A stretch of 36,063 nt of DNA from a virus (IMGVR_UViG_3300011335_000174:1-36063), one strand, 5' to 3'. Positions 25,208-34,866 are shown, counted from the stretch's first letter. Notes: generated by a model not told the origin, from the letters alone. Program-made: numbers and translations.

Positions 25208-26466
25208 TTCTGGCCCCCGTAGGCGCTGGCAAGACGGCAATCACGCTGACCGCGCTGTCGGGGCTTTTGAAGGTGAAACGCAACGCGCTGGTCGTCGCGC
25301 CCAAACGCGTCGCCACTAGCGTCTGGCCGGTCGAGGCTAAGAAATGGGCGCCCGACTTGACCGTCGCCGTCGCCGTTGGTACGCCTAAGCAGCGCCAGAA
25401 AGCGTTTGACTCCGGCGCGCAAGTGATCGTGACTAACTACGACAATATCCAGACCATCGCCAGCCTGGACTTTGACTGCATTATCTTTGACGAACTGACG
25501 CGCCTTAAAAACCCCGGTGGCGCGCGGTTCAAGGCGTTGGAAAACCTGATAAAGAACGTCCCGATCCGTTGGGGTCTGACCGGATCGTTTACTAGCAACG
25601 GCTTAGAAGATGTGTTCGGCCAATGCAAAATTGTTGACCAGACGCTACTTGGGCGCTCCAAAGGCGCGTTTATGCAGCAGTATTTCATCCTGCTCAACCC
25701 CGAGTTTGGCCAGTGGGTTCCGCGCGCCGGTAGTCTGAAGCAGGTCATGGAGAAGATCCAACCGGCCACCTTTGTGTTGGACCCCGGCGAATACAAGGAT
25801 AAGTTGCCGCCCGTCCATACGGTCCACGTGAACTGTCAGATGGAGATGGAGCACTACAACAAACTCAAAAAAGAGTTTGTGTTGGAGTACGACAGCGCCA
25901 ACATCATCGCCATGAACGCTGGCGTGGTGACGGGCAAGCTGCAACAGATGGCGTCTGGGTTTGTGTACGACACCTCACATACGCCCGACCGTGTTGTACC
26001 GGGTAAGTTCATCACCAAACAGACGCCAATTTGGTTCTCTAAACACAAGTTCGACGCGCTGGACGATCTGCTATCGGAAAACCAACACGCCAACACGATT
26101 CTTGTCTACCAGTATCAAGAAGAACTGATGGAATTGCACCGCCGGTATTCCAACCTTGTGACGCTGGACGATGACCGGGCAATCGAACGCTGGAACGCTG
26201 GCGAGATCGAACTGCTGGCGGTACACCCTAAGTCTGCCGGTCACGGTCTGAACCTTCAGCATGGTGGCTGCAAGATGGTTTTCGTGTCGCTGCCGTGGTC
26301 GCTGGAACTGTACGAACAAACAGTCGGGCGTCTACATCGCAGCGGCCAGCGCCACGATGTCTGGATCTACATTATGTCAACTGAAAAGACAATTGATGAA
26401 AAAATTTGGAGCGCGCTTCAGGACAAGCGCGCCGTGTCTGAGATTGCTATGGAGGCGCTGAAATGA
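25144..26466 (+). CDS. SNF2-like SF2 helicase
   Basis: LRPYQ, GAGKT, FDE, LTGS, SAGHGLNLQ, QTVGRLHRSGQ; likely start is ATG 25144. Confidence 0.9.
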   Translation: MVLRPYQETAADFLYERNRAMILAPVGAGKTAITLTALSGLLKVKRNALVVAPKRVATSVWPVEAKKWAPDLTVAVAVGTPKQRQKAFDSGAQVIVTNYDNIQTIASLDFDCIIFDELTRLKNPGGARFKALENLIKNVPIRWGLTGSFTSNGLEDVFGQCKIVDQTLLGRSKGAFMQQYFILLNPEFGQWVPRAGSLKQVMEKIQPATFVLDPGEYKDKLPPVHTVHVNCQMEMEHYNKLKKEFVLEYDSANIIAMNAGVVTGKLQQMASGFVYDTSHTPDRVVPGKFITKQTPIWFSKHKFDALDDLLSENQHANTILVYQYQEELMELHRRYSNLVTLDDDRAIERWNAGEIELLAVHPKSAGHGLNLQHGGCKMVFVSLPWSLELYEQTVGRLHRSGQRHDVWIYIMSTEKTIDEKIWSALQDKRAVSEIAMEALK

Positions 26467-26711
26467 CATTACCTGACGAGTTAATCCAAGGCATCGTTCT
26501 TAAAATTGGAGGGTCATGGGGCGACGCAACACCCGAAGACAGACAATTTTTCAGGAGTTTTGCCGCCCTTGTTGCCGCGTATGAGCGGGAGGAGTGCGCC
26601 AAGATTGCCGATAACAACAGGCACAACGTAGAAATGCTTACAAGTTTCCCATTGCAATCTGGTGCAGCACGACATATTGCTATTGTTATCCGCGCTAGGG
26701 GAGAGAAATGA
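26463..26711 (+). CDS. Hypothetical protein
   Basis: 82 aa with phage-typical FAALVAA.ERE.CA..IRARG pattern; ATGA-coupled. Confidence 0.7.
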   Translation: MTLPDELIQGIVLKIGGSWGDATPEDRQFFRSFAALVAAYEREECAKIADNNRHNVEMLTSFPLQSGAARHIAIVIRARGEK

Positions 26712-26890
26712 AGTGTTGCGACGGCCTATGTAATCAAGGACGCGACTGCCCCAACAAGGACATCAACTGCCAGCAATGCCGCATCCGACCGGCGTCGCAC
26801 AAGGTTCCTATCCTTAAAGGCGTGGGGTTTCGCTGGAAGTGCGAAACGTGTTTCAACAAGTCCAAACCGAGCGGGTTTAAGTATGCGTAA
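26708..26890 (+). CDS. Small Cys-rich putative Zn-finger protein
   Basis: CC...CNQGRDCP, CQQC and CETC; GGAG SD. Confidence 0.65.
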   Translation: MKCCDGLCNQGRDCPNKDINCQQCRIRPASHKVPILKGVGFRWKCETCFNKSKPSGFKYA

Positions 26891-27029
26891 GTACGGAATC
26901 CTTGATGACGAAGGCAACGTCATCCGGTGGGTGTGGTCAGTGCCGCCCTACCCACACGTTGTGGTCAAAGTACCGCGCCCACGCAAACCTAAACTAGACC
27001 TGTCCAAAGTGCCAGACGCACCGTTTTAA
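26883..27029 (+). CDS. 48-aa hypothetical protein ending DAPF (absent from ORF track)
   Basis: MRKYGILDDEGNVIRWVWSVPPYPHVVVKVPRPRKPKLDLSKVPDAPF; fills the gap between neighbours. Confidence 0.6.
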   Translation: MRKYGILDDEGNVIRWVWSVPPYPHVVVKVPRPRKPKLDLSKVPDAPF

Positions 27030-27038
27030 GGAGTTGAA

Positions 27039-27467
27039 ATGACTGATAAAGAACTTATGCAACACGCGCTGGAAACGTTGAAATTGGCAAAATCATCACA
27101 CAACATGGTGCTTTCATCAGACCCGCCTCAAAGCGCATGGCGTTATTACGACGTAGACATGAAGCTGCAAGAAACAATCACAGCACTGGACAAAAGGCTA
27201 GCGCAAAATGAGCAGGAGCCGGTGGCGTACCGCTACAAAATGCCGGTTGAAGATGACTGTTGGGTTTATAACTTTTGCCAATTCCCTGATGATAAATCAA
27301 ACCCAATACTTGAACCCCTTTACACCACCCCGCCATTGCGCCCGTGGGTTGGGCTGACGGATGAGGAGGTCAGGGAAATTTGCGATGCAAACAACATTAT
27401 GTTGGGCGCGTATGCAGTTGATTTCATTCAGGCTATTGAAGCCACACTCCGGAGCAAGAACACATGA
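27039..27467 (+). CDS. Hypothetical protein with EPVA..PLYT.PP..WVGLTDEE modules
   Basis: 142 aa; AAGGAG SD. Confidence 0.75.
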   Translation: MTDKELMQHALETLKLAKSSHNMVLSSDPPQSAWRYYDVDMKLQETITALDKRLAQNEQEPVAYRYKMPVEDDCWVYNFCQFPDDKSNPILEPLYTTPPLRPWVGLTDEEVREICDANNIMLGAYAVDFIQAIEATLRSKNT

Positions 27468-27628
27468 GCGTGATTACCCCGCAACAAATGATTGAGTACA
27501 TGGTTGAAGCCTTAGATAACGCGGTCAAAGACTACCCAGAGGAAGAGCGAGAAGCTACCAAAGCAAAGATACTGGATGCGTTTAGCGCAGCCATGTTTAA
27601 CGGACCAGTGAAGGAGAAGAACAAATGA
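27464..27628 (+). CDS. 54-aa hypothetical protein (absent from ORF track)
   Basis: MSVITPQQMIEYMVEALDNAVKDY...EKNK; GGAG SD; ATGA overlaps. Confidence 0.65.
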   Translation: MSVITPQQMIEYMVEALDNAVKDYPEEEREATKAKILDAFSAAMFNGPVKEKNK

Positions 27629-27795
27629 TCGTAAAAGGCAAATTCATCAAAGACTGGGACAAGTCCCAGATCAGTACGGGCTATCAGCGCCCGCCACAGT
27701 TCAAAATTATCACTTGGGACATGGGTCGGGTGCAGGGTTGGCTGTTGGGTAAGCAACCGCTGGCGAGAAATTTCATTGAAAAGGTGATCAGATGA
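27625..27795 (+). CDS. 56-aa hypothetical protein (absent from ORF track)
   Basis: MIVKGKFIKDWDKSQISTGY...EKVIR; AAGGAG SD; ATGA overlaps. Confidence 0.65.
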   Translation: MIVKGKFIKDWDKSQISTGYQRPPQFKIITWDMGRVQGWLLGKQPLARNFIEKVIR

Positions 27796-28091
27796 AAGAA
27801 ATCATTGATTTTCTACGCGAGAACGGCGAGTCCACCCTGCTGGATATGTCGTTCCCCGGCGTTAACCGGCGCACGTTGTCCAGCAGACTCATGCGCTTGT
27901 ACGAACAACGCATCATCGACCGGCGTATCGTGCTGACCAACCACGGCGACTTCTGGGCGTATAGCGCGGTTGATGGCCCAGACCGCCCGCATCAGTACCG
28001 TAACGAACCCGACCCGGTTTACTTCCTGCGGAATTTACCGAAGGAAGATTTTCTACAGTATTCGATTGATTTGCTTGAGGCTGCGGTATGA
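27792..28091 (+). CDS. Hypothetical protein, possible winged-helix DNA-binding
   Basis: IIDFLRENG.ST..D....RRTLSSRLMRL....IIDRR pattern; 99 aa. Confidence 0.55.
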   Translation: MKEIIDFLRENGESTLLDMSFPGVNRRTLSSRLMRLYEQRIIDRRIVLTNHGDFWAYSAVDGPDRPHQYRNEPDPVYFLRNLPKEDFLQYSIDLLEAAV

Positions 28092-28294
28092 AACTAGTCC
28101 GAGCCAGACTGATCGCCGCGCGGGAAGAACTTATAATCCGCCAGCGCGAACTGAGCGCGGCGCAGCGCAACTACAACCGCGTCGTAGAAACACTTAAAGA
28201 GTTAGAGGTGCGACTTGAATCACACTTGGCGGGGCTTGAACGTGGCCCTGAGAACGCTGAACGAAGAGATGGTATTGGCGATGTTGGAGCATGA
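28088..28294 (+). CDS. Hypothetical coiled-coil protein
   Basis: 68 aa; GAGG SD; ATGA overlap. Confidence 0.6.
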   Translation: MKLVRARLIAAREELIIRQRELSAAQRNYNRVVETLKELEVRLESHLAGLERGPENAERRDGIGDVGA

Positions 28295-28406
28295 GAAAGC
28301 CACTGAAGGACGCGCCAGCATCCTTCGTCGCATTCACCAACGCTATAACACGCTGCGCGCGTCGCGCGAGCGGATCGAACTACTTCAAGAGGCTAAGCAA
28401 CCATGA
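28215..28406 (+). CDS. Hypothetical protein
   Basis: TTG start after GAGGT; 63 aa; overlaps previous ORF by 80 nt. Confidence 0.6.
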   Translation: MNHTWRGLNVALRTLNEEMVLAMLEHEKATEGRASILRRIHQRYNTLRASRERIELLQEAKQP

Positions 28407-28612
28407 CCGACTTCGCAACGTGGCGCTATGAGAACCTTGTCGCATTTGCTAAAGAATCGACCGAGCGCATCAACCTGCTCAACGTCGAGATCGAAGCACT
28501 AAACGCCGACCTCAAGACCGCGATTGAGGCGTACCGCTGCCTACTTCGCAGCGACTCCTCTGCTTTTCTCAAAGGATCGCATCCCACCGAAACCGAGAAG
28601 ACCGGACAATAG
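28403..28612 (+). CDS. Hypothetical coiled-coil protein
   Basis: 69 aa MTDFATWRYENLVAFA...; 3' end overlaps the holin on the opposite strand. Confidence 0.6.
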   Translation: MTDFATWRYENLVAFAKESTERINLLNVEIEALNADLKTAIEAYRCLLRSDSSAFLKGSHPTETEKTGQ

Positions 28613-28978
28613 CACCATCAGTTGATCAGTTTGAAGATCCGGCGGCGGGGCTAGACCTTTAGGAATCAGGTCAACGCCTTGCCCAAACGCCCAGATCCAC
28701 TGCATCAGTGGGTAACCCAGAAACTGATACGCCACGCCAGCGACGCCTACCCATCCGACAGCGGGGCGCCAACCGCTGACGAACAGGTTAGACGATCCGG
28801 CCTCTATTTTATTAACTTCAACTTGTGCAAGATCTGTGGCTTGATCAATTCTGGCTTGTTCAAGGTCAAGTTTGCGCCCTTCAAGTTCAAGCTGCATTTT
28901 CTCCTTATCCGTCGTAATAAGGTCGCCAGCAATCTTTCCCACGCCATCAATGATGCTCCCTATCCCGATCAGATCCAT
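28541..28978 (-). CDS. Holin, 3TM gene-transfer-release type
   Basis: QVEVNKIEA...FVSGWRPAVGW and GLLGFGGMRSFEK motifs. Confidence 0.88.
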   Translation of the reverse strand: MDLIGIGSIIDGVGKIAGDLITTDKEKMQLELEGRKLDLEQARIDQATDLAQVEVNKIEAGSSNLFVSGWRPAVGWVGVAGVAYQFLGYPLMQWIWAFGQGVDLIPKGLAPPPDLQTDQLMVLLSGLLGFGGMRSFEKSRGVAAK

Positions 28979-29490
28979 TACTTGAGTCCTGCGAGGGTGC
29001 GGTTGATCCAGCCGAGAAGGAATTTGGACTGTCCTCGGTCTCGGTTGCAGATGTTGGCGTAGCGCTGGATCTTGCTAATTGCGTAAGAAGGAAGGAACTT
29101 TTCCGCCGTGCATTTATTAAGAAGTTCAACTGTCTTAGGACCGATACCGCCATCTGGAGTCGCTCCTACAATGACCTGCGCCAGTTTGATCGCTACGCTT
29201 GTGCCGGTATTTACGGCGAAGTTGAAGATGGTTTCCGCGATAGCTTGGTCGCGGATCTCATCGCCTCTAACCACGTTCCAAAAGCGCTGGCGATAAAACT
29301 CCCGAACCATAGATGTAAGCGGTCCACCAAACTCCTTACGGTCAACCAAAGCCCACCCAGGCCAGTCAGGGTTCGGGTTGCGAGCGATGCCAGCATAGGT
29401 CATTCCTCCCCGGTCGCCCGGTATATTGGTCAGTTGATAGCCGCCTTCGTCGGCTATCATCTTGTCAAACGCGGGGCCGAAGTCAGCCAT
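28978..29490 (-). CDS. Endolysin, glycosyl hydrolase family 108 with peptidoglycan-binding domain
   Basis: EGGY..DRGGMTYAGI, FAVNTG, DGGIGPKT, FLLGWINR. Confidence 0.9.
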   Translation of the reverse strand: MADFGPAFDKMIADEGGYQLTNIPGDRGGMTYAGIARNPNPDWPGWALVDRKEFGGPLTSMVREFYRQRFWNVVRGDEIRDQAIAETIFNFAVNTGTSVAIKLAQVIVGATPDGGIGPKTVELLNKCTAEKFLPSYAISKIQRYANICNRDRGQSKFLLGWINRTLAGLK

Positions 29491-29678
29491 CAATGGCCTT
29501 TCAAAATCATTGTCAGCAATAGGATAATAATAGCGCCGCCGCCCGAGATCAGGATCTGCTCTAGGCGCTTGATCCGCGCGTGGATGCCTCGCGTTTCCTT
29601 TTCAATACCTTCGTATCGCACAGCGCAAACGTCAACGTGCGAGTCAATTTTGTGATCAACTTCAGCAAGAGTAACCAT
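29490..29678 (-). CDS. Small coiled-coil protein with C-terminal TM helix (XhlA-like lysis accessory)
   Basis: 62 aa; H...CA.RY..I..RIKRLE then hydrophobic tail; TGATG-coupled. Confidence 0.6.
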   Translation of the reverse strand: MVTLAEVDHKIDSHVDVCAVRYEGIEKETRGIHARIKRLEQILISGGGAIIILLLTMILKGH

Positions 29679-32023
29679 CACGGGGCCAAATTGTTTTCGG
29701 ATTGAGGGGCAAGGGCGTTGCGCTTTGCAGCGCGGGTCTTTGGCCCCTGCGGGCTAGGCGTTGGGCGCGGTTGAGCGTATTTGGATTCTAACGTTTCAAG
29801 CAAGTCCATCAACTGATCACGCTTGGCGATAGCGTCACGTTTGGCTTGCGCGTCTTTGGCGCGCGCCGCGATTTCCTCAAACGCTTTGGCTTGATCGCGG
29901 GCCTTCTGGATCGTATCGCCAACCCATTTCCGGTCCATCATTTTTTCAGTGATGGCTTTGTCGGACAGTTTGGCGTAACCGGGGTCAGCCGTCGCCAGAT
30001 CAACGCGTGTCTTGTTCCACGCAATCATCTCTTCGGCGGTCATCGTCGGGCGCTCACCGCGCGCTACTTTGCCAACCGCCGACTCAAGCGCCGAACCGTA
30101 GTTAACAAACGTTTCCGGCGTAGCACCTTTGACGCCTTGATCAACGGGGCGCAGTTTGCCCGTAAACGGATCAAGTTCGTAAAGCATACCGCCCGCTGCT
30201 GGCTGACGCGGCTTTCGTTGTTCGGCAGCAGCAGCGGCTTCAGCGGCGGCTTTATCGCGAGCGTAATTATAAATACGCTCTTGAACTGGACCTTCCGCTC
30301 CGGGCATTGGCAATTCTCGCGGCGCGACGAATTGCAAATCTGGACCTAAACTACCGGTGCGCCGTAATCCGGCTTCTTGCTGCGCTCTTTGAGCGGCTTC
30401 ATACGCAGACCTAGGTGGCTGTCCTTGCTCCGGCATTGTAAAGTTGGGCGTGTACTCGGGCGGCAGTACAGCATTTTCAGGATTGAAAATCGCCAAGTTA
30501 GATGACCCAGGCGCGACCGGACGCATCATATTGACCGGAGGACGGTAGTCCGGTGGCATGGCATTAGCGGCTTGATACGCGGGCGACATCATACGCCGCG
30601 CCATGAGCGCGTTGGTTAACCCGCCGCCGACACCACCAACAATAGATCCTAAGTACGGCGCACCTACCATAGAACCAAGACCAAAACCTATCGCAGCGCC
30701 GGGGCCTGTTCTTGCCAACGTAGGAAGAATAGGAGCCGCGCCGGGTTTTACTTCAGCAATACTAGGAAAGTTTGCCGCTACGCGAGCAATGTCTGACGCG
30801 GTTCCGGTCAACGGTTTTTGTTCTGCCATTGCCGCCAACTTCGTGGGGTCTATACGTCCTGTATTGAAGTCAGTAGCGCGCTCGTAATCGTAAGTTTTAG
30901 CCAATAAAGTTCTAGCGTTTTGAAACGCGCGCGCTTGTGTCCCGGTCAAGTTTTGGGCAGCAAGTTCTTCAAGCTGGTTAGCAATTGCCATACTTGCATC
31001 GGCAAGCGCAATTGATTCTGGCGACGGCGCGGTGATACCTTTGCGCTGCGCGTTGTAAATTGTCTGAGCAGACTGGCGAAGATTTCTAATGTTTACAAGC
31101 GCTTGGCTACCCGACAATCCAGCGTTAAGGTTTTTTACGGTACTATCAATTAACCTTGACACGGCGCGAGCGCTGGCTTCGCCGCCAATCAAGGCCGGAG
31201 TTTTTAGTCCTTCAATAGCGGTTATCGTTTCTTCATCGGGCGTCAGTCGGCTAATGCCGCCAACTGCTTCGTAGGGCTTAGTAATTTCTGGTACAGACCG
31301 CGCTTTATCAAACGCTGCTTTATCAAGCGTCGTAGCGGGCGCAAGCCCCATGTCTTTCTTGGCGGCTTCAGTCCATTGCGGTTCGTTCTTACGCGCCATC
31401 CTAGCTTCTGGACTGCCAGTTAGCGCCGCGACAATTTTGTTTCCTTTGGTGGGGTTTGATATGGCGGGCGGAATCGCCACACCAAGACGCTGCGCTGCTT
31501 GCGCGGCTTCAATCTGAGGCGCGTTTTGGAAACTTTGCGTAACGCGATCTTGTTGCAAACGATTAGCGCGTTCAATAAGCGGGCTTCGCAGCGCGTTCAT
31601 GGCGGGCGCAGGGTTAAACGCGCCCATCGACGGTAAAAACGGTGGAAGTTTAAGTTCTTCAGCAGTCTTAGCCGCACCAGCCACTAATTCTTGACCCGTC
31701 TGAGTGCGCGGCTGGTATTGAATACCGCGCAACACCCGTCCGGTAACGTCTTGATTTGGCTGGCCCATTTTGCCGGTCAAGATGCCAGCACCCGCCGCGA
31801 TGGGAACCGCTGCTGCTCCGGTTACGGCAGACAGCGCGGCTTCTGGGCCGCCTACGATGTAATCGAGAATGCCACGACCATCTGGCGCTGGCGTCGGTTG
31901 TTCTACCGCTCCCGGGATGTCAGCGGGAGTTGCTTCGCGCGGCGTAAAATTAGGCTGTTGTAACCGCAACCGCGCTTTTGCCATAGCAATCGCGCGCTGT
32001 TGATCAAGCGTCATTTCTGCCAT
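29678..32023 (-). CDS. Putative DNA ejection protein (P22 gp16 position)
   Basis: 781 aa, Ala-rich helical, Gly-rich hydrophobic segments; third of three coupled genes. Confidence 0.55.
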   Translation of the reverse strand: MAEMTLDQQRAIAMAKARLRLQQPNFTPREATPADIPGAVEQPTPAPDGRGILDYIVGGPEAALSAVTGAAAVPIAAGAGILTGKMGQPNQDVTGRVLRGIQYQPRTQTGQELVAGAAKTAEELKLPPFLPSMGAFNPAPAMNALRSPLIERANRLQQDRVTQSFQNAPQIEAAQAAQRLGVAIPPAISNPTKGNKIVAALTGSPEARMARKNEPQWTEAAKKDMGLAPATTLDKAAFDKARSVPEITKPYEAVGGISRLTPDEETITAIEGLKTPALIGGEASARAVSRLIDSTVKNLNAGLSGSQALVNIRNLRQSAQTIYNAQRKGITAPSPESIALADASMAIANQLEELAAQNLTGTQARAFQNARTLLAKTYDYERATDFNTGRIDPTKLAAMAEQKPLTGTASDIARVAANFPSIAEVKPGAAPILPTLARTGPGAAIGFGLGSMVGAPYLGSIVGGVGGGLTNALMARRMMSPAYQAANAMPPDYRPPVNMMRPVAPGSSNLAIFNPENAVLPPEYTPNFTMPEQGQPPRSAYEAAQRAQQEAGLRRTGSLGPDLQFVAPRELPMPGAEGPVQERIYNYARDKAAAEAAAAAEQRKPRQPAAGGMLYELDPFTGKLRPVDQGVKGATPETFVNYGSALESAVGKVARGERPTMTAEEMIAWNKTRVDLATADPGYAKLSDKAITEKMMDRKWVGDTIQKARDQAKAFEEIAARAKDAQAKRDAIAKRDQLMDLLETLESKYAQPRPTPSPQGPKTRAAKRNALAPQSENNLAP

Positions 32024-33576
32024 AGTTTCCTCTCTTCTGGCGTCATAACACTCCAGACATCCTGCGGAACACCTGCGGGAGCCTTAGACGCGGTGGCCGC
32101 AGGTTTACCAGCGGCAGTAGGCGCGGTAGGGCGATTCGCGCGGTATTCGTAAGTCGAATCGTATTTATCGCGCAGGATTTGCTTAGAATTTCTAAGCTGG
32201 ATAACCGCGTTATCGAGCGCTTTTTGGATGCTTGGTGCGTCTTGAACTCGATCAATTGCAGCAAACGAAGCATCTAGCTTACGACCTTCCTCGTTTGACA
32301 CCCCGCCCAATGCGCTGCCCGTCTTGGATTGATTTTTAAGATCCTGAATGGCTTGAAAGCCACCTTTAGCTTTAATTTTGTCGTATAGCGCTTTTGCTTC
32401 TCTACCTTCAGAAGTTATGCCGCCGATACGTCCAGCTAAAATTCCAGATATCTGAGACAGCCCCGGATGATTCCGAAGTTCTTCCATATCTTTTATGAAA
32501 TTATCGCTTTGCGCTTCAAAACTTTTTATAGTAGACGTCGCAGCAGGATATTCAGCTTCACGTTTTTGAACATCTTTAGGCGCAAGACCCGTAAACTCAG
32601 ATGCGGGTGTTTTACCAACGGCTTGTGATGGCGTGACGTATTTTACTTTACCAGTTGCTTCGTCAATTATTTTCACCGGCGTTGGCGCTTCGGGGGCCAA
32701 TCCTTGCGCCACAACTTTTCCGGTTGGGCTAACTAAAGTTTCGCCGCGCGACACACCCACAAGCGGGCGTTTACTTTGCAAATATTCCGCGTACCTAGGG
32801 TCAGTTTGAGTAGCTTCAAATTCACGCTGGCTTTCCAACGGCGCAAGCGGCATTTGCACTGGTTTGCCGTTAACCATATAAGTCTTACCCGCTTCACCAA
32901 TCGGGCTATTAAGCAATTCTTGCAGTCTGTTTTGCGCGGCGGTAAGGAAAGGCAACGCGCTTGGGTTTGCTGCGGCTTCTTGCGCGGCGAATCCTACTTC
33001 TTCACGAGCTTTTTTAATCATTAACATTCGGTTTTGCGCCAAATCTTCAGGCGCGCCGGGAAGGTTGTTAATTCGCTCTGGGGGGCGCGGTGCCGTACCG
33101 ATTGGAATACCCGCAACTCCAGGCGGCGCGTTGAAAGTCTTAGGCGCAACCCCAGTTGGGCCAGATTCCAACAGCGACACTTCTGGCGGTTTTACCGCGC
33201 CAGTGGCTACAGGCGGTTCTGGCGGCACACCATATCGTTCAGCCCATTTTTTCTCACGGCTGGCTTGCTGCCAGAGTTTATACATATCCGCACCGTGTTT
33301 TTGTATCGCCGGATCTGGTGCGTTTAACAACGAAATAACTTGCGCTTCTAACTGATCAGGCGCGCCGAGTGACGTTAACTTAGGAACAATTTCTTCAAGA
33401 TACTGTTGCGCGCGGCGGGTTTTTGCCAGAGTTTCGTTATGAATTTGCTGGTTGATACGCGCGGTTTCTTGACTGGCTGGGGCAGACTTGATCTGCTCAA
33501 CCGTAGCCATACGCGCTAACTGGTCGGGCATTTCAATACCGACAGGCGCGCGAAGGAGGTTGGTGTTAAGCGGCAT
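32011..33576 (-). CDS. Putative DNA ejection protein (P22 gp20 position)
   Basis: 521 aa; GALGGVSNEEG-like segment (GSALGGVSNEEG); GGAGGT SD. Confidence 0.55.
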   Translation of the reverse strand: MPLNTNLLRAPVGIEMPDQLARMATVEQIKSAPASQETARINQQIHNETLAKTRRAQQYLEEIVPKLTSLGAPDQLEAQVISLLNAPDPAIQKHGADMYKLWQQASREKKWAERYGVPPEPPVATGAVKPPEVSLLESGPTGVAPKTFNAPPGVAGIPIGTAPRPPERINNLPGAPEDLAQNRMLMIKKAREEVGFAAQEAAANPSALPFLTAAQNRLQELLNSPIGEAGKTYMVNGKPVQMPLAPLESQREFEATQTDPRYAEYLQSKRPLVGVSRGETLVSPTGKVVAQGLAPEAPTPVKIIDEATGKVKYVTPSQAVGKTPASEFTGLAPKDVQKREAEYPAATSTIKSFEAQSDNFIKDMEELRNHPGLSQISGILAGRIGGITSEGREAKALYDKIKAKGGFQAIQDLKNQSKTGSALGGVSNEEGRKLDASFAAIDRVQDAPSIQKALDNAVIQLRNSKQILRDKYDSTYEYRANRPTAPTAAGKPAATASKAPAGVPQDVWSVMTPEERKLWQK

Positions 33577-33580
33577 TTTC

Positions 33581-34531
33581 TTACCTCCTGTTCAACGCGG
33601 CGATGAGAGCGTTGTCGCTTTCGTTTCTCAGATATTGACTTGCACCACGCGCAAGAGCATCAGCCGCGCCCAAGTACGAAGACGCGCCGATGTTGCCCCT
33701 ATTTGCTAACGTTTCTGCTTGGTTAGTTCCGTAGGTGTTAGTAGCGCCAGCCAAGTTATTGGTAGCGCCTTGACCGTACCCCGCCAACGTCTGTAGCGGA
33801 GACAATTTCATGCTGTAATCTTTGTTGTACCTGTCGTAAGCGTTTTGGTATTCCTGCGACGCCAGGCCTTGCGCAAAGCGTTCCGTAGCCTTTAACGTGC
33901 CGCCGGACAACAATCCACCGCGAGCGGCAGCGGCGTTGTTCAAACCCTTAATACCTTCAGACAACCGGAACGCGTAGCCTGGATCTGCTTGAAACTTGTC
34001 AGCCGAAAAAGGCGTAAACTGCATTTCTGGTGAGCGCAGTTTGTTAAGCGCTTCTACACCTGCGGCCCGCCAAGGCTCTTGAAGTGCTTTTTGTTCTTGA
34101 AAAATTCTGTAGTTTGAATCAGCTATTGCTTGATTAGCGTTGGACATAGACCGAGCAGCGCCCATAGACCCAAGCGCGCCCGCAAGAGAACTGCCAGCGG
34201 TAAGCGCTGTGCTGGCCGAAGGAAGATATGACAGCAAACTGTTAGACGCGGCGGGGGCTGCAAACGTGCCCGCGCCCATGCTTGACCCTAGCAACCCAGG
34301 AGTAGTAGTGGACACCGCGCCGGCGCCTTGAACTGCCGATGCCGGAACAGTCGCGCCGGTTGCCGAATTAAAAAACGCGCCAATTTCAGGAGCAAAAACG
34401 TAACCTCCAGCTAAAAGTGCCGGAAGAGTCCAACCGCCGGGTATGTTTTCGCGTACCGTGTCATCTACATCAGCAAGCGCTTGGCTGATCGGTTCAAAAA
34501 TGCCGCCGGTTAATTTTTTAAACCAACCCAT
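33581..34531 (-). CDS. DNA transfer/pilot protein, P22 gp7-like
   Basis: ADPGYAFRLSEG..AAARGGLLSGGTLKA..FAQGLASQEY motif. Confidence 0.78.
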   Translation of the reverse strand: MGWFKKLTGGIFEPISQALADVDDTVRENIPGGWTLPALLAGGYVFAPEIGAFFNSATGATVPASAVQGAGAVSTTTPGLLGSSMGAGTFAAPAASNSLLSYLPSASTALTAGSSLAGALGSMGAARSMSNANQAIADSNYRIFQEQKALQEPWRAAGVEALNKLRSPEMQFTPFSADKFQADPGYAFRLSEGIKGLNNAAAARGGLLSGGTLKATERFAQGLASQEYQNAYDRYNKDYSMKLSPLQTLAGYGQGATNNLAGATNTYGTNQAETLANRGNIGASSYLGAADALARGASQYLRNESDNALIAALNRR

Positions 34532-34866
34532 TATGTAATCTCCCGCCCGTTAGCCCGGATGTTGATCGCTGATGCCGTCCCCGCGATGGTACTGATAAAG
34601 CCGCTAGGCCCAAGCGCAGCGCCGGTGATTTCGGGGAAGGTGTATGTTTCTGCTGGTTGTAGCGTCTTGGTCTTGACGATCAGGTTTTGATTGCCCGCCG
34701 CGTCTGCTGCCGTGACCAAGTTGACGCTAATCGTCGCCGCCGATGCGCTGAAGTTGGTCGCGGTGAACTTGTCAATCAGCGCCACCACACCGTTGGCGGT
34801 GTACTGCGTGGTCTGATTGGGTTCAGCCAACTTCGCTGGGATCAAGACTTTAACGGTTACAGTCAT
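34531..34866 (-). CDS. Conserved-looking small virion protein
   Basis: 111 aa beta-rich; coupled on both sides. Confidence 0.65.
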   Translation of the reverse strand: MTVTVKVLIPAKLAEPNQTTQYTANGVVALIDKFTATNFSASAATISVNLVTAADAAGNQNLIVKTKTLQPAETYTFPEITGAALGPSGFISTIAGTASAINIRANGREIT

